Notes under the pieces: generated by a model
Told to the model about the DNA's origin: nothing
What the model saw: only the letters and a program-made list of their open reading frames with translations
The model's database searches: none
In this document: positions 8,268-15,979 of the stretch, in pieces
How the letters are laid out: every line of letters starts with the position of its first letter
Numbering within the stretch: the stretch's first letter is position 1
IMG/VR virus record: IMGVR_UViG_3300047548_000102
Span: 1-39,585 of that record
Direction: 5' to 3' (one strand)
DNA: 39,585 nucleotides
Source of the DNA: a virus
Taxonomy: Duplodnaviria; Caudoviricetes
Program-made: the position numbers and the translations under genes

Positions 8268-8920
8268 TAGAACACCTCAAACGTGATTTCAAATGATAAG
8301 TTACCGACAGAAGCAATAGCGCCTTGCACAAAGCGAAGCCCGGTGTTTTCACGAACAATCAGGTCAGCACCTTCGTTACGGATAAACTCAGCACCTGCCG
8401 TACCTGCAATAGCTGAAGCAGCGTTAGTCTCTTCAGTAAAGATCCAGCGTTGTCCCAACAAAGCACCGGCAGTTGCACCACCTGTAGGGGCTGAACGTGC
8501 TGTAATGTTTGCAGACAATGCTGCATTGTTGGTATCCATCTTGCTAAGGGTAATAGCAGTCAATGAAGTACCGTCAGCAACTGCTGCTGTACCGCCAGTG
8601 CCTACTGCCGTTGTACGGGTTAAATTGACTTCAACACCTAACGTACCCGTCACAGCAGTGTCGTTGTCTGCAAAGCAATACGCAGATAAGATACGAAGTG
8701 ATACGCCGCTGCCAGTAGCGTTAAACAGATCAACAAATACCTTATTGGCGCCCACTGCTTGGCTAGGGCAGATCATCCGGTATTGCGGTAATGAGTTTGC
8801 TAAATGACCATCAGGCATGGCGAGCATCACAACCTGATATTCTTTAGAAGAAACAAGTTGTGTTGCTACTGTTGCTCCGGTGCCTGGGGTGATAGCAATG
8901 GAGTCGTTAGGTAAACTCAT
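8267..8920 (-). CDS. Hypothetical structural protein (217 aa)
   Basis: Coupled on both sides; Ala/Thr-rich beta composition. Confidence 0.7.
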   Translation of the reverse strand: MSLPNDSIAITPGTGATVATQLVSSKEYQVVMLAMPDGHLANSLPQYRMICPSQAVGANKVFVDLFNATGSGVSLRILSAYCFADNDTAVTGTLGVEVNLTRTTAVGTGGTAAVADGTSLTAITLSKMDTNNAALSANITARSAPTGGATAGALLGQRWIFTEETNAASAIAGTAGAEFIRNEGADLIVRENTGLRFVQGAIASVGNLSFEITFEVF

Positions 8921-9291
8921 GCTGCGTGGGTGATGGTAGCAGAGTTAATCGTAACGGTTTGGCCCGAAGCAATGCTGGTGCTGTTCAGATTGATGTCAGA
9001 ACCAGAAGTACCAACACTCAAGCCAGTAACGATGTCAGTGCCACCAGAAGCAGTGCGGATACGTGCAGCAGCGGCAGTACCGGTAGCGTCAGCAGACGTA
9101 TCAGACTTAGGGAAGCCAGAGAACGTCAGCACACCACCAGAGACAGTGCCTGCCGTGGCATCTAAAGCAATCGTAGCAAGCACAGTAGCCATACCGGTGG
9201 TTCCAATTTCAAGAACACCAGTAGAACCAATCTGAGACACCACAGCACTCAGTCGTGCATTCTTAACAGCAGTCGTATAAGTAACAGCCAT
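8917..9291 (-). CDS. Hypothetical structural protein (124 aa)
   Basis: AAAARIR...DINLNSTSI..GQTVTI motif; AAGGA SD. Confidence 0.7.
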   Translation of the reverse strand: MAVTYTTAVKNARLSAVVSQIGSTGVLEIGTTGMATVLATIALDATAGTVSGGVLTFSGFPKSDTSADATGTAAAARIRTASGGTDIVTGLSVGTSGSDINLNSTSIASGQTVTINSATITHAA

Positions 9292-9301
9292 GATTTATCC
9301 T

Positions 9302-9751
9302 TTAAGAAATATCGTACCAAATGTCACCAACTTGAGGAGACACGGGCTCAGTAGCAGAAACAGTTGTCGTAGGGCCAGAGTATTGCTGAATTACTGAAAC
9401 ATTGCCACCAGATTGTCCAACATTAAGTTGACCAGCATCGATTTCAGTGCCATCAGAGAGTTTCAATACCAAAGAGTTGTCAAAGTCTATTTTGGCATCA
9501 ACTACAGACACACCATCAGCACCGGCTTTGCCTTCAGCGCCAGCAGGCCCTTCTTTTCCTTGACTCCCAGGAATACCTTGTGGTCCTTGAGGCCCCGGAG
9601 GACCTTGCTTACCTTGTTTTCCCTCTTTGCCAGGAATTCCTTGAGGACCTTCCAGCTTCTTTATTGTTTCTGCTTGAGTGGTAAGCTCCTGTAACTGTTT
9701 TTTGAGCTTACCAATGTTCTCAGCCAGTATTAGGAGCTTATCGTCATCCAT
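9302..9751 (-). CDS. Collagen-like triple-helix repeat protein
   Basis: About 16 consecutive G-X-Y triplets after an N-terminal coiled coil. Confidence 0.85.
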   Translation of the reverse strand: MDDDKLLILAENIGKLKKQLQELTTQAETIKKLEGPQGIPGKEGKQGKQGPPGPQGPQGIPGSQGKEGPAGAEGKAGADGVSVVDAKIDFDNSLVLKLSDGTEIDAGQLNVGQSGGNVSVIQQYSGPTTTVSATEPVSPQVGDIWYDIS

Positions 9752-11772
9752 TATTCACCCAATGCTTGATTAAAGCGTTCCGTTTCCTTGCGCTTTGTCT
9801 CCATTTGAGCTAAAGCAATCCGCTCATTGCTGTCAATGTCCTTCTCCTTCAAGGCAATCTCAGCAAGTTTGACTCGACGTTCAAAATCCTTGCTTTCGTT
9901 GTCTTCATTAAGGTTGTTAGACAGTGCAGCGATGTACTTTGCCTGTGCAACTTGAGGTGCAATCTGAGCCTCAACAGAAGCCTTTTGAGCTTCAGCAGCC
10001 TCTCTAGCAGCCTTAGCCTGCAATTCCTGTACTTGAGCCGCCAAAAGCTGCATTTGAGCCTGTTGCTGAGCCATTGCAGCCTGTTGGGCAGCAGGATCAG
10101 GCTGACTCATCTGTTGCAGTGCAGCAATCAAGTCACCACGGTTGCTCAAACTACTGTTTTCAAGGATACCCTTGAGGATCAGAGGAAGAACAGGCGTATC
10201 AGGCCCCAGAGTCTGCAACAAAGCAATCATCTGTTGCTGTTCAAACTCACGGGCAAGGATACCAAGCGTTGCCGTAGGCACAAACGTCATATCCACAGAA
10301 GGATAACGCTCCGGATCAAACTGCATGTACCTAAATACAGCCTTTTTGATGAACGGAATCATGAAATCTTCTTGGAAATTAGTCAAGGTTCGCTTATACT
10401 TCTTGATAATTCCTGCCATAGCCATCGACATACCACCGGCAGAAGCATCACGGGGTACGTTACTAGGCATACCAGCACTGTCAACGGTGCCAGTAGCTTG
10501 TAGAAGCATTCTCTCAAAGTTCTGAGCAGCCGCCACCGCATTACCGTCCGTCTGACCAAACTTAAACGGATAAAGAATTTCACTTGGAGCACCGTTAGTC
10601 AGGATAGCCTTACCGGGCTTGATCTCAAACTTGGCACCACGAGGCAGGCGCGTAGCATCCATAGCGATCATAGGAGCCGTCGTAAGGGCCAGAGAGTCCA
10701 TATGAGCCCGCAGTTGACCGTCAATGGCTTTCTGCATGTTATAGGCCTTCTCAACAGTACCGCGACCCCAGAAGCGTCCAGGCACCGTATCATCCTGATA
10801 AGCCACCACAGGACGATCCTTCATCATGTACGGGCTTTCTTCAGCCTTCAGAAGGATACCATCGTTAGCAATGACAACAATAGCCTCAACTAAGTTGCAA
10901 TGCTCGTCTGCTTCTGAGCCTTCAGGGAACAACTCTTCGTATTCTTCTTCTTCAGGATACAGGTATTCTTTGGGAACTAAGCCGTAGTACGTCAGTAGCT
11001 TGACCTTATCGTCGTGATAGGTACGAAGTTCCTGCGTAGGCTCTAAGTCATCGTCAGAATACACTGGTCCGATGTTGGCTTTCTTGTAAATACCTTTCTC
11101 AATGTTCTCAACTACCTTGTGAATTGATACATACTTCTCAATAGCGACACCCAAAGCATCATCGATGCTGTCTGCGTTGGGGTCAATGAGGAAGTTCTTA
11201 GGGTTTACAGGCTTGATCTTGACCGTAACACGCTCAGTCTCCGACACACCAATGGCTGCTGCTTGTACCCCGGGCATCGGTTGCGTAGCAGGAGTGTATT
11301 CCATCTCAGTACCGACAAGGATTTCACCAATGCCAGTACCGTAGATCTCAGCCATCAACTCAATCTGATCTACAGACTTCTTGATCTTGTCTTTCTTGAA
11401 GTCTTCGTGAAGCTGTTTACGAATAGCTTCAATGTCCAGAGGGTTACCGTCAATGTCTTTAAGGTCATCAGAGATATCAAAGAACTCTCCGTTACCGAAG
11501 ATAGCTTCCATGATCTCAGCGTGTCGAGTCTCCACAGCCTGCTGCGTGGCAGGACTGATGATACGACTACGCTCAGAGTCTCTGGTCTTGTCCGCAGCAT
11601 CCCAAACACCACGGAAGATACGCTCGTATTCTTCCCACAGTTCTTGGAAGTTAGAATCCCTATGGTCACGCCACCGGTCACAGTGGTCAACAACCCAAGA
11701 AGTTAGCTCACGTTCCTCTTCTGAAGGTTCCTCAAAGAGGCTCTCAGGCGGTTTGTCGTTATAATCGTCCAT
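9751..11772 (-). CDS. Portal protein
   Basis: ~673 aa directly after TerL; NFLIDPNA, RFWGRG, long C-terminal Gln/Ala helix. Confidence 0.85.
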   Translation of the reverse strand: MDDYNDKPPESLFEEPSEEERELTSWVVDHCDRWRDHRDSNFQELWEEYERIFRGVWDAADKTRDSERSRIISPATQQAVETRHAEIMEAIFGNGEFFDISDDLKDIDGNPLDIEAIRKQLHEDFKKDKIKKSVDQIELMAEIYGTGIGEILVGTEMEYTPATQPMPGVQAAAIGVSETERVTVKIKPVNPKNFLIDPNADSIDDALGVAIEKYVSIHKVVENIEKGIYKKANIGPVYSDDDLEPTQELRTYHDDKVKLLTYYGLVPKEYLYPEEEEYEELFPEGSEADEHCNLVEAIVVIANDGILLKAEESPYMMKDRPVVAYQDDTVPGRFWGRGTVEKAYNMQKAIDGQLRAHMDSLALTTAPMIAMDATRLPRGAKFEIKPGKAILTNGAPSEILYPFKFGQTDGNAVAAAQNFERMLLQATGTVDSAGMPSNVPRDASAGGMSMAMAGIIKKYKRTLTNFQEDFMIPFIKKAVFRYMQFDPERYPSVDMTFVPTATLGILAREFEQQQMIALLQTLGPDTPVLPLILKGILENSSLSNRGDLIAALQQMSQPDPAAQQAAMAQQQAQMQLLAAQVQELQAKAAREAAEAQKASVEAQIAPQVAQAKYIAALSNNLNEDNESKDFERRVKLAEIALKEKDIDSNERIALAQMETKRKETERFNQALGE

Positions 11773-13031
11773 CAATACCCCGCTATTTTGTCAAAAACTT
11801 CGTACTCTTCTTCTTCATAGTCTTGAAGATAAGGAGTGACAGCTAATTGATCTACATAGGACAAAGCATCAACCAAGTCATCATGAACGCCTGCTGTAGG
11901 GAACATGATAAGTTGATCGACAAACTCTTCCCAATCCTCGTCCTCGTTAAAGCTGATACGACCGTGCTCAAGTCTTCCTTGAAGACCCCACACAACTCTT
12001 TCAGCCTTCTTCTTGTTACCGTGAGTCAGGTCAGTGATGTGCGAATAAATGTTATTCTTACGCATCAGATCCGTTAGGTACGGCAACACTGCATTCTTTA
12101 ATGAACCACGCTCAATACCAACACCAATGGGTTGAAAGTCTCTGATGGCCTTTAAGATGTTCACAGCAGTGGTTCTGATGTCCCACCGTCCATGTCTGAT
12201 CTCTTTAACCCACCAATCACCATTGTCAGTTACTTTGACAATAGCAATAGCTGATTCATCTAATCTCTTCTTTGCTGCGCTAGCAGTAGATCCTACGTCC
12301 TCAAAGCCTGCTAAGTCAATAGCAACGACATAAGAGCCATACTGAGGCTCTGGTGCTGTCTTGAACCATTCTTGCTTAAAGACATCAGCACCAGCATTAT
12401 CAAAGCTACTTAAGTACTCTTGCTTAAAAGCAAAGGAACTTAGTGTGCGCTTAGCAGCCTCAATTTCTTTAGGATCGATTGTTTCGTTGTCTTGGGTGGT
12501 GAAGTGCCATGCCTTCCACTCTTCATCTTCATCCGACAACCCTAACTTATAAACATCGTAGAACCAGTTTCTACCGCTAGGCGTTGAGATGAATAGTGCC
12601 CTACCTTTTTTATCGGACAATGCAGCACGAAGAATCTTCTGCCATACATCTTCTTTAATGAAGGCGCATTCGTCTAACACTAGGTATGTTAAACTCACAC
12701 CACGAAGACTATCAGGATTATCTGCACCTCTGATTAGAATCTTTCTACCATTGATAAGACTGATCTCAAGGTTGTTAACGTGACTGCTCTTGATTACAGG
12801 TCTTCCAAGCTCATGTAGAAGGTCCCATACGATGGTCCGGGCTTGTCCGAGCGTAGGAGCCACATACATCACATGACTGCCCTCAGGACAGTTTAGAGCC
12901 TCTATGAGCAGTGTTACTGCCGACAACCTGGACTTACCGCACCGACGACCAGCAGCTACAACCTTAAACCGTTTATCGCTCTTGAAGACCTCTTGCTGCC
13001 ACTTGAGTAGTTGGAAGTTAAGACTCGTCAT
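11772..13031 (-). CDS. terL: Terminase large subunit
   Basis: Walker A AGRRCGKS, Walker B LVLDE, ISTP coupling motif, nuclease AIDLAG and HDDLVDAL. Confidence 0.95.
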   Translation of the reverse strand: MTSLNFQLLKWQQEVFKSDKRFKVVAAGRRCGKSRLSAVTLLIEALNCPEGSHVMYVAPTLGQARTIVWDLLHELGRPVIKSSHVNNLEISLINGRKILIRGADNPDSLRGVSLTYLVLDECAFIKEDVWQKILRAALSDKKGRALFISTPSGRNWFYDVYKLGLSDEDEEWKAWHFTTQDNETIDPKEIEAAKRTLSSFAFKQEYLSSFDNAGADVFKQEWFKTAPEPQYGSYVVAIDLAGFEDVGSTASAAKKRLDESAIAIVKVTDNGDWWVKEIRHGRWDIRTTAVNILKAIRDFQPIGVGIERGSLKNAVLPYLTDLMRKNNIYSHITDLTHGNKKKAERVVWGLQGRLEHGRISFNEDEDWEEFVDQLIMFPTAGVHDDLVDALSYVDQLAVTPYLQDYEEEEYEVFDKIAGY

Positions 13032-13413
13032 CAATCACCTCCGTGTACTCAGCATCACTGACATCATACACTTGTTCAGTGTTTACCGTTGGTGAGTTAA
13101 GACCACTGATATTGATGCTGATTTGAGGGACACCACTGCCACCCTTAGAGGTTACATCAAAGGCACTGATGGGTGCTACACGATCTATTACTAGCTTCCA
13201 GGCTGCTGCTTGATTCTTATTCTCTGGATCTAATGCTGCATCAAAGATAGCCTCTAAGACCTTAGCACTCTTAGGTGATGCAAGCATACGCTGTACATAC
13301 CCATCAATGATTGCCTTGGTGCCCTTAGGTCTACCGACAGGTCTGTTCTCTTTAACTGCTGCAAGGTCAGACTTACTTGGTCTTCCCTTAGGGTTGCCTG
13401 AAGGCTTGGTCAT
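13018..13413 (-). CDS. Probable terminase small subunit
   Basis: Immediately upstream of terL; GNPKGRP/GRPKG N-terminus. Confidence 0.7.
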   Translation of the reverse strand: MTKPSGNPKGRPSKSDLAAVKENRPVGRPKGTKAIIDGYVQRMLASPKSAKVLEAIFDAALDPENKNQAAAWKLVIDRVAPISAFDVTSKGGSGVPQISINISGLNSPTVNTEQVYDVSDAEYTEVIDDES

Positions 13414-13636
13414 GTCTTTATCCTTATAGGAGACGGTATTGTGAGCGGTAGCTTAAATATAGTACTATAAAGTTCTGACATGCTGCATTTACGTCAGGGG
13501 GTTCCTAGTGAACTATCCCTAATGTACACTTAAGTGTGTACAGATTGCAAACATTGTTAAACCTTATTTGTGTCTGAACAGCCGCCCACTGTTCGGTTTC
13601 ACTGAGGCCCCTGTCTTGTATTCATCGTACAAGAAT
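13414..13636 (-). ncRNA. Structured 5' leader RNA of the late (terminase) transcript
   Basis: ORF-free ~220 nt between promoter and terS with at least five nested/adjacent inverted repeats. Confidence 0.45.
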
Positions 13637-13640
13637 ACTT

Positions 13641-13669
13641 ATCATAGCACATTTTTAGTATTTTGTCAA
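13641..13669 (-). promoter_or_regulatory. Sigma70-type promoter for the packaging/structural arm
   Basis: TTGACA-17 bp-TATGAT with extended -10 TG and AT-rich upstream tract. Confidence 0.85.
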
Positions 13670-13834
13670 TAGGTTTTTAATATTTATTTTCAGTAGAGTC
13701 ACTAGTGTTGCTTTTGTACAACAGATGCTAACTCTAAAGTCCCCCATCCAGGGTGCACGGATTCGACTCCCCAGTTTCTTACTTTTTCTAGATCTGATAA
13801 GAACTTACATTGTGTCTTCTGCATGAAACTTTAA

Positions 13835-13849
13835 TGAGAATTATTCTTG
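13835..13849. promoter_or_regulatory. Fur-box-like site
   Basis: TGAGAAT-T-ATTCTTG fits the 7-1-7 Fur pattern; 13/19 to GATAATGATAATCATTATC over 13830..13848. Confidence 0.4.
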
Positions 13850-13958
13850 TTTAGGTCTTTCTAGTTTTACTTTTTTGTAAGCGTTAGAGGTTCCATCAAC
13901 AATTACTCCAGAGCCCTGACCCCTCCCCCGTCACTTCACAGGCCTTCATCGATCCAGG

Positions 13959-14001
13959 ATGCAGTATAGTTCTATGCATTATAGTGCATGCAGTATAGTT
14001 C
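13959..14001. repeat. Three tandem 14-mers ATGCA(G/T)TATAGT(T/G)C
   Basis: Copies at 13959..13972, 13974..13987, 13988..14001. Confidence 0.9.
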
Positions 14002-14008
14002 ATCAGAG

Positions 14009-14028
14009 TTATCCACAGGTTATCCACA
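14009..14028 (+). promoter_or_regulatory. Two tandem consensus DnaA boxes
   Basis: TTATCCACA at 14009..14017 and 14020..14028 (11-bp period). Confidence 0.75.
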
Positions 14029-14110
14029 GGAGGGCACGCGAGGCTGTGGTGGTGCCTCTAGCGTACACTTGAACGTACCATCCCAGCACATCGGAGACTC
14101 AGGCCATCGG

Positions 14111-14126
14111 TGTTTCACGTGAAACA
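14111..14126. promoter_or_regulatory. parS: parS (chromosomal ParB-binding) palindrome
   Basis: Exact 16-bp TGTTTCACGTGAAACA, the widespread bacterial chromosomal parS consensus. Confidence 0.8.
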
Positions 14127-14257
14127 ATGCAGCACGATAGTGTGGTAAAAATACAACAAAAGATTTTATAGGCGTAAGAAAGCTGTAAGGATAACCGTGA
14201 GAGAATCTAGTCACTGCACAGCGAAGGGCTAGGCAGGCAACCTAAGGAACTAGCATC

Positions 14258-14464
14258 ATGGACCGCATCACTGTCATCACACGCAAGTACCAAGGCGACA
14301 TCGTGAGTTACACCGTCGAAGGCGTCAGCGATGGTGCAGCCTTCGGTCTCTCCACGTCCAAGCCTGCTACCGCACGCGCTGAGGTGGACTACTGGACCAC
14401 CGAAGCAAAGCTGTCGGGCAGGGACTACATTGTCAACCACAAGACCGCCGAGATCGTTCTGTAA
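14258..14464 (+). CDS. Early hypothetical protein (68 aa)
   Basis: First + arm ORF; AAGGA SD; biased codons. Confidence 0.7.
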   Translation: MDRITVITRKYQGDIVSYTVEGVSDGAAFGLSTSKPATARAEVDYWTTEAKLSGRDYIVNHKTAEIVL

Positions 14465-14469
14465 TAGTC

Positions 14470-14500
14470 TGTAGGGCATCAAAGACACCGGTGCCCTACA
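14470..14500 (+). other. Intergenic hairpin (candidate RNase III site)
   Basis: TGTAGGGCATC / GGTGCCCTACA 11-bp stem, no U-tract. Confidence 0.45.
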
Positions 14501-14542
14501 CTGTACACCTTCCCTCAACCCTGACACACTGGAGTAACTAAC

Positions 14543-14704
14543 ATGAACTCATACATTGACAGACTGTGCAGCATGACAGACAGCGAGCTTGTATCATGGA
14601 TCGAAGCCTTGGAGATCGAGTGCGACGGGCTGGAGGATGGTTGCACCAGACTGTCAATGGCTCGCACAGCGCTTGCGAATCGTCGGACCTACACTGAAGA
14701 GTAA
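14543..14704 (+). CDS. Early hypothetical acidic protein (53 aa)
   Basis: Manual translation MNSYIDRLCSMTDSELVSWIEALE...; GGAG SD. Confidence 0.65.
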   Translation: MNSYIDRLCSMTDSELVSWIEALEIECDGLEDGCTRLSMARTALANRRTYTEE

Positions 14705-14714
14705 CGGAGGAGCT

Positions 14715-14900
14715 ATGAAAAGAATTGCCATCACCAAGTCCCGTGCGGGACACTATTGGCTAACGGTACGGGATAGCGAGGGTCGTGCTCTCGTGCGTCA
14801 GATGTGTGACAACCTTGTGGAGGCTCGTCGTCGTGCTGAGCCGTATCGTCTGCCTAAGGAAGCAGACTACCTTGCAGCCCTTGGCCCTTGTGGTCGTTAA
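14715..14900 (+). CDS. Early hypothetical protein (61 aa)
   Basis: GGAGGAG SD before ATG 14715. Confidence 0.65.
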   Translation: MKRIAITKSRAGHYWLTVRDSEGRALVRQMCDNLVEARRRAEPYRLPKEADYLAALGPCGR

Positions 14901-14925
14901 CCTGGGAACCTTACAGGAGCCTACA

Positions 14926-15012
14926 ATGCACAAAGCCTTCACCCTTGCAGATTGTGTCTTCGCCGTGGCCTATGGTGTTGCCCTAGGTCTCTTGATCGCA
15001 GCTTTTATCTAA
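14926..15012 (+). CDS. 28-aa single-pass membrane peptide
   Basis: MHKAFTLADCVFAVAYGVALGLLIAAFI; AGGAG SD. Confidence 0.6.
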   Translation: MHKAFTLADCVFAVAYGVALGLLIAAFI

Positions 15013-15033
15013 CCATCATCAAAGGATTGAACC

Positions 15034-15240
15034 ATGCTCACACATACGCCAAACAATAGTATTCTTGAGTCTCTCATGAAGCCGCAAGTTGATAAGGCAA
15101 TCCAATTAGCTATGATTCATTTTCGAGCCCGACACGATGGCCGCGGGTTTCGCCCATGTCGTCAATGGATTCTGGAAGCTCGTCAGATATGCATATCATC
15201 TGGCTATCGTAATCCCTCTATTTGTAAGGGGCGCGCATGA
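15034..15240 (+). CDS. Early hypothetical protein
   Basis: AAGGA SD; ATGA overlap with the next gene. Confidence 0.55.
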   Translation: MLTHTPNNSILESLMKPQVDKAIQLAMIHFRARHDGRGFRPCRQWILEARQICISSGYRNPSICKGRA

Positions 15241-15569
15241 CTGACAGAGAAATTATAGAATATGCGGCTTTGGCAACAGGCGAGTACCACGGCGAGTGGT
15301 CCAAAAAGTCTGGATCATTGCGTATCCGTAGTTCTGGGAGGTGGCAAGAATGGAACCCACTTACTGACGACGGCGATGCGATGCGGCTGGCGGTGAGGTT
15401 GGGGCTGCGGGTAGGTACCGATGGTCAGTCACTGTACCCGCACATTGAGTGCTGGCGAGCCCACTACGACACCCCGCGAGTGTTTGAACCTTGCAGTGAA
15501 GACCCCTACGCTGCCACGCGCCGCGCCATCGTCAGGGCCGCGGCTGAGATTGGCAAAAATATCGGCTAG
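15237..15569 (+). CDS. Conserved phage hypothetical protein (110 aa)
   Basis: WNPLTDDGDA.RLAV.L...DPYAATRRAIVRAAAEIG motif common in proteobacterial phages. Confidence 0.75.
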   Translation: MTDREIIEYAALATGEYHGEWSKKSGSLRIRSSGRWQEWNPLTDDGDAMRLAVRLGLRVGTDGQSLYPHIECWRAHYDTPRVFEPCSEDPYAATRRAIVRAAAEIGKNIG

Positions 15570-15581
15570 GGTTTACACCTA

Positions 15582-15608
15582 TAGCACATTGTCGTCCACA
15601 GTGTGCTA
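15582..15608 (+). other. Intergenic hairpin (candidate RNase III site)
   Basis: TAGCACATTGT / ACAGTGTGCTA stem, no U-tract. Confidence 0.45.
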
Positions 15609-15644
15609 GAGTGTGCGCCTTGCACTTAACCGGAGCCTTTCACC

Positions 15645-15968
15645 ATGTTTCAACGTGTAACCCTCTCAGACTTCCGTGATGCCTTCCGTGTTCATGGCCG
15701 CCGTGACCAGTTCAGCTACGATGGCTTGCGTGTCATCTTTGATTGGCTTGAGGATTACGAAGAGTCTACCGGCGAAGCCTTGAAGCTTGATGTCGTCGCT
15801 ATCTGCTGCGATTACGTAGAGATGACGCCTGAGGAGGTTATTGACGCCTATGATATCGACTTCGATCCTGAATTGGACGATGCTAAGGACATCGCTATGG
15901 ATTACCTGGAGAATCATTCTATGATCCTGGGTAAGACCAAAGATACCATTGTGTTCCAACAGTTCTGA
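15645..15968 (+). CDS. Highly acidic early protein (107 aa), possible DNA mimic
   Basis: About 26 D/E versus 10 K/R; GGAG SD. Confidence 0.75.
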   Translation: MFQRVTLSDFRDAFRVHGRRDQFSYDGLRVIFDWLEDYEESTGEALKLDVVAICCDYVEMTPEEVIDAYDIDFDPELDDAKDIAMDYLENHSMILGKTKDTIVFQQF

Positions 15969-15979
15969 CACAAGGAGCA

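Noticed and set aside
186-13095. Plus-strand ORFs opposite structural genes, and equivalent antisense ORFs elsewhere
   Set aside because: Antisense shadows of codon-biased genes without SD or recognisable motifs
13438-13448. ATTGTGAGCGG match to the lac operator left half
   Set aside because: The right half is missing; likely chance
13750-13775. GGGTGCACGGATTCGACTCCCC as tRNA T-arm or tmRNA 5' end
   Set aside because: No proper T-stem pairing, acceptor stem or rest of a cloverleaf
13894-13906. Possible IHF site CATCAACAATTAC
   Set aside because: Fails the WATCAA-N4-TTR consensus
13959-14030. Mini CRISPR array
   Set aside because: Repeats are 11-14 bp, adjacent, with no spacers
14020-14527. 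Minus-strand ORFs 14020..14214 and 14207..14527
   Set aside because: They overlap the binding-site region or a better-supported + strand gene and have no coding features
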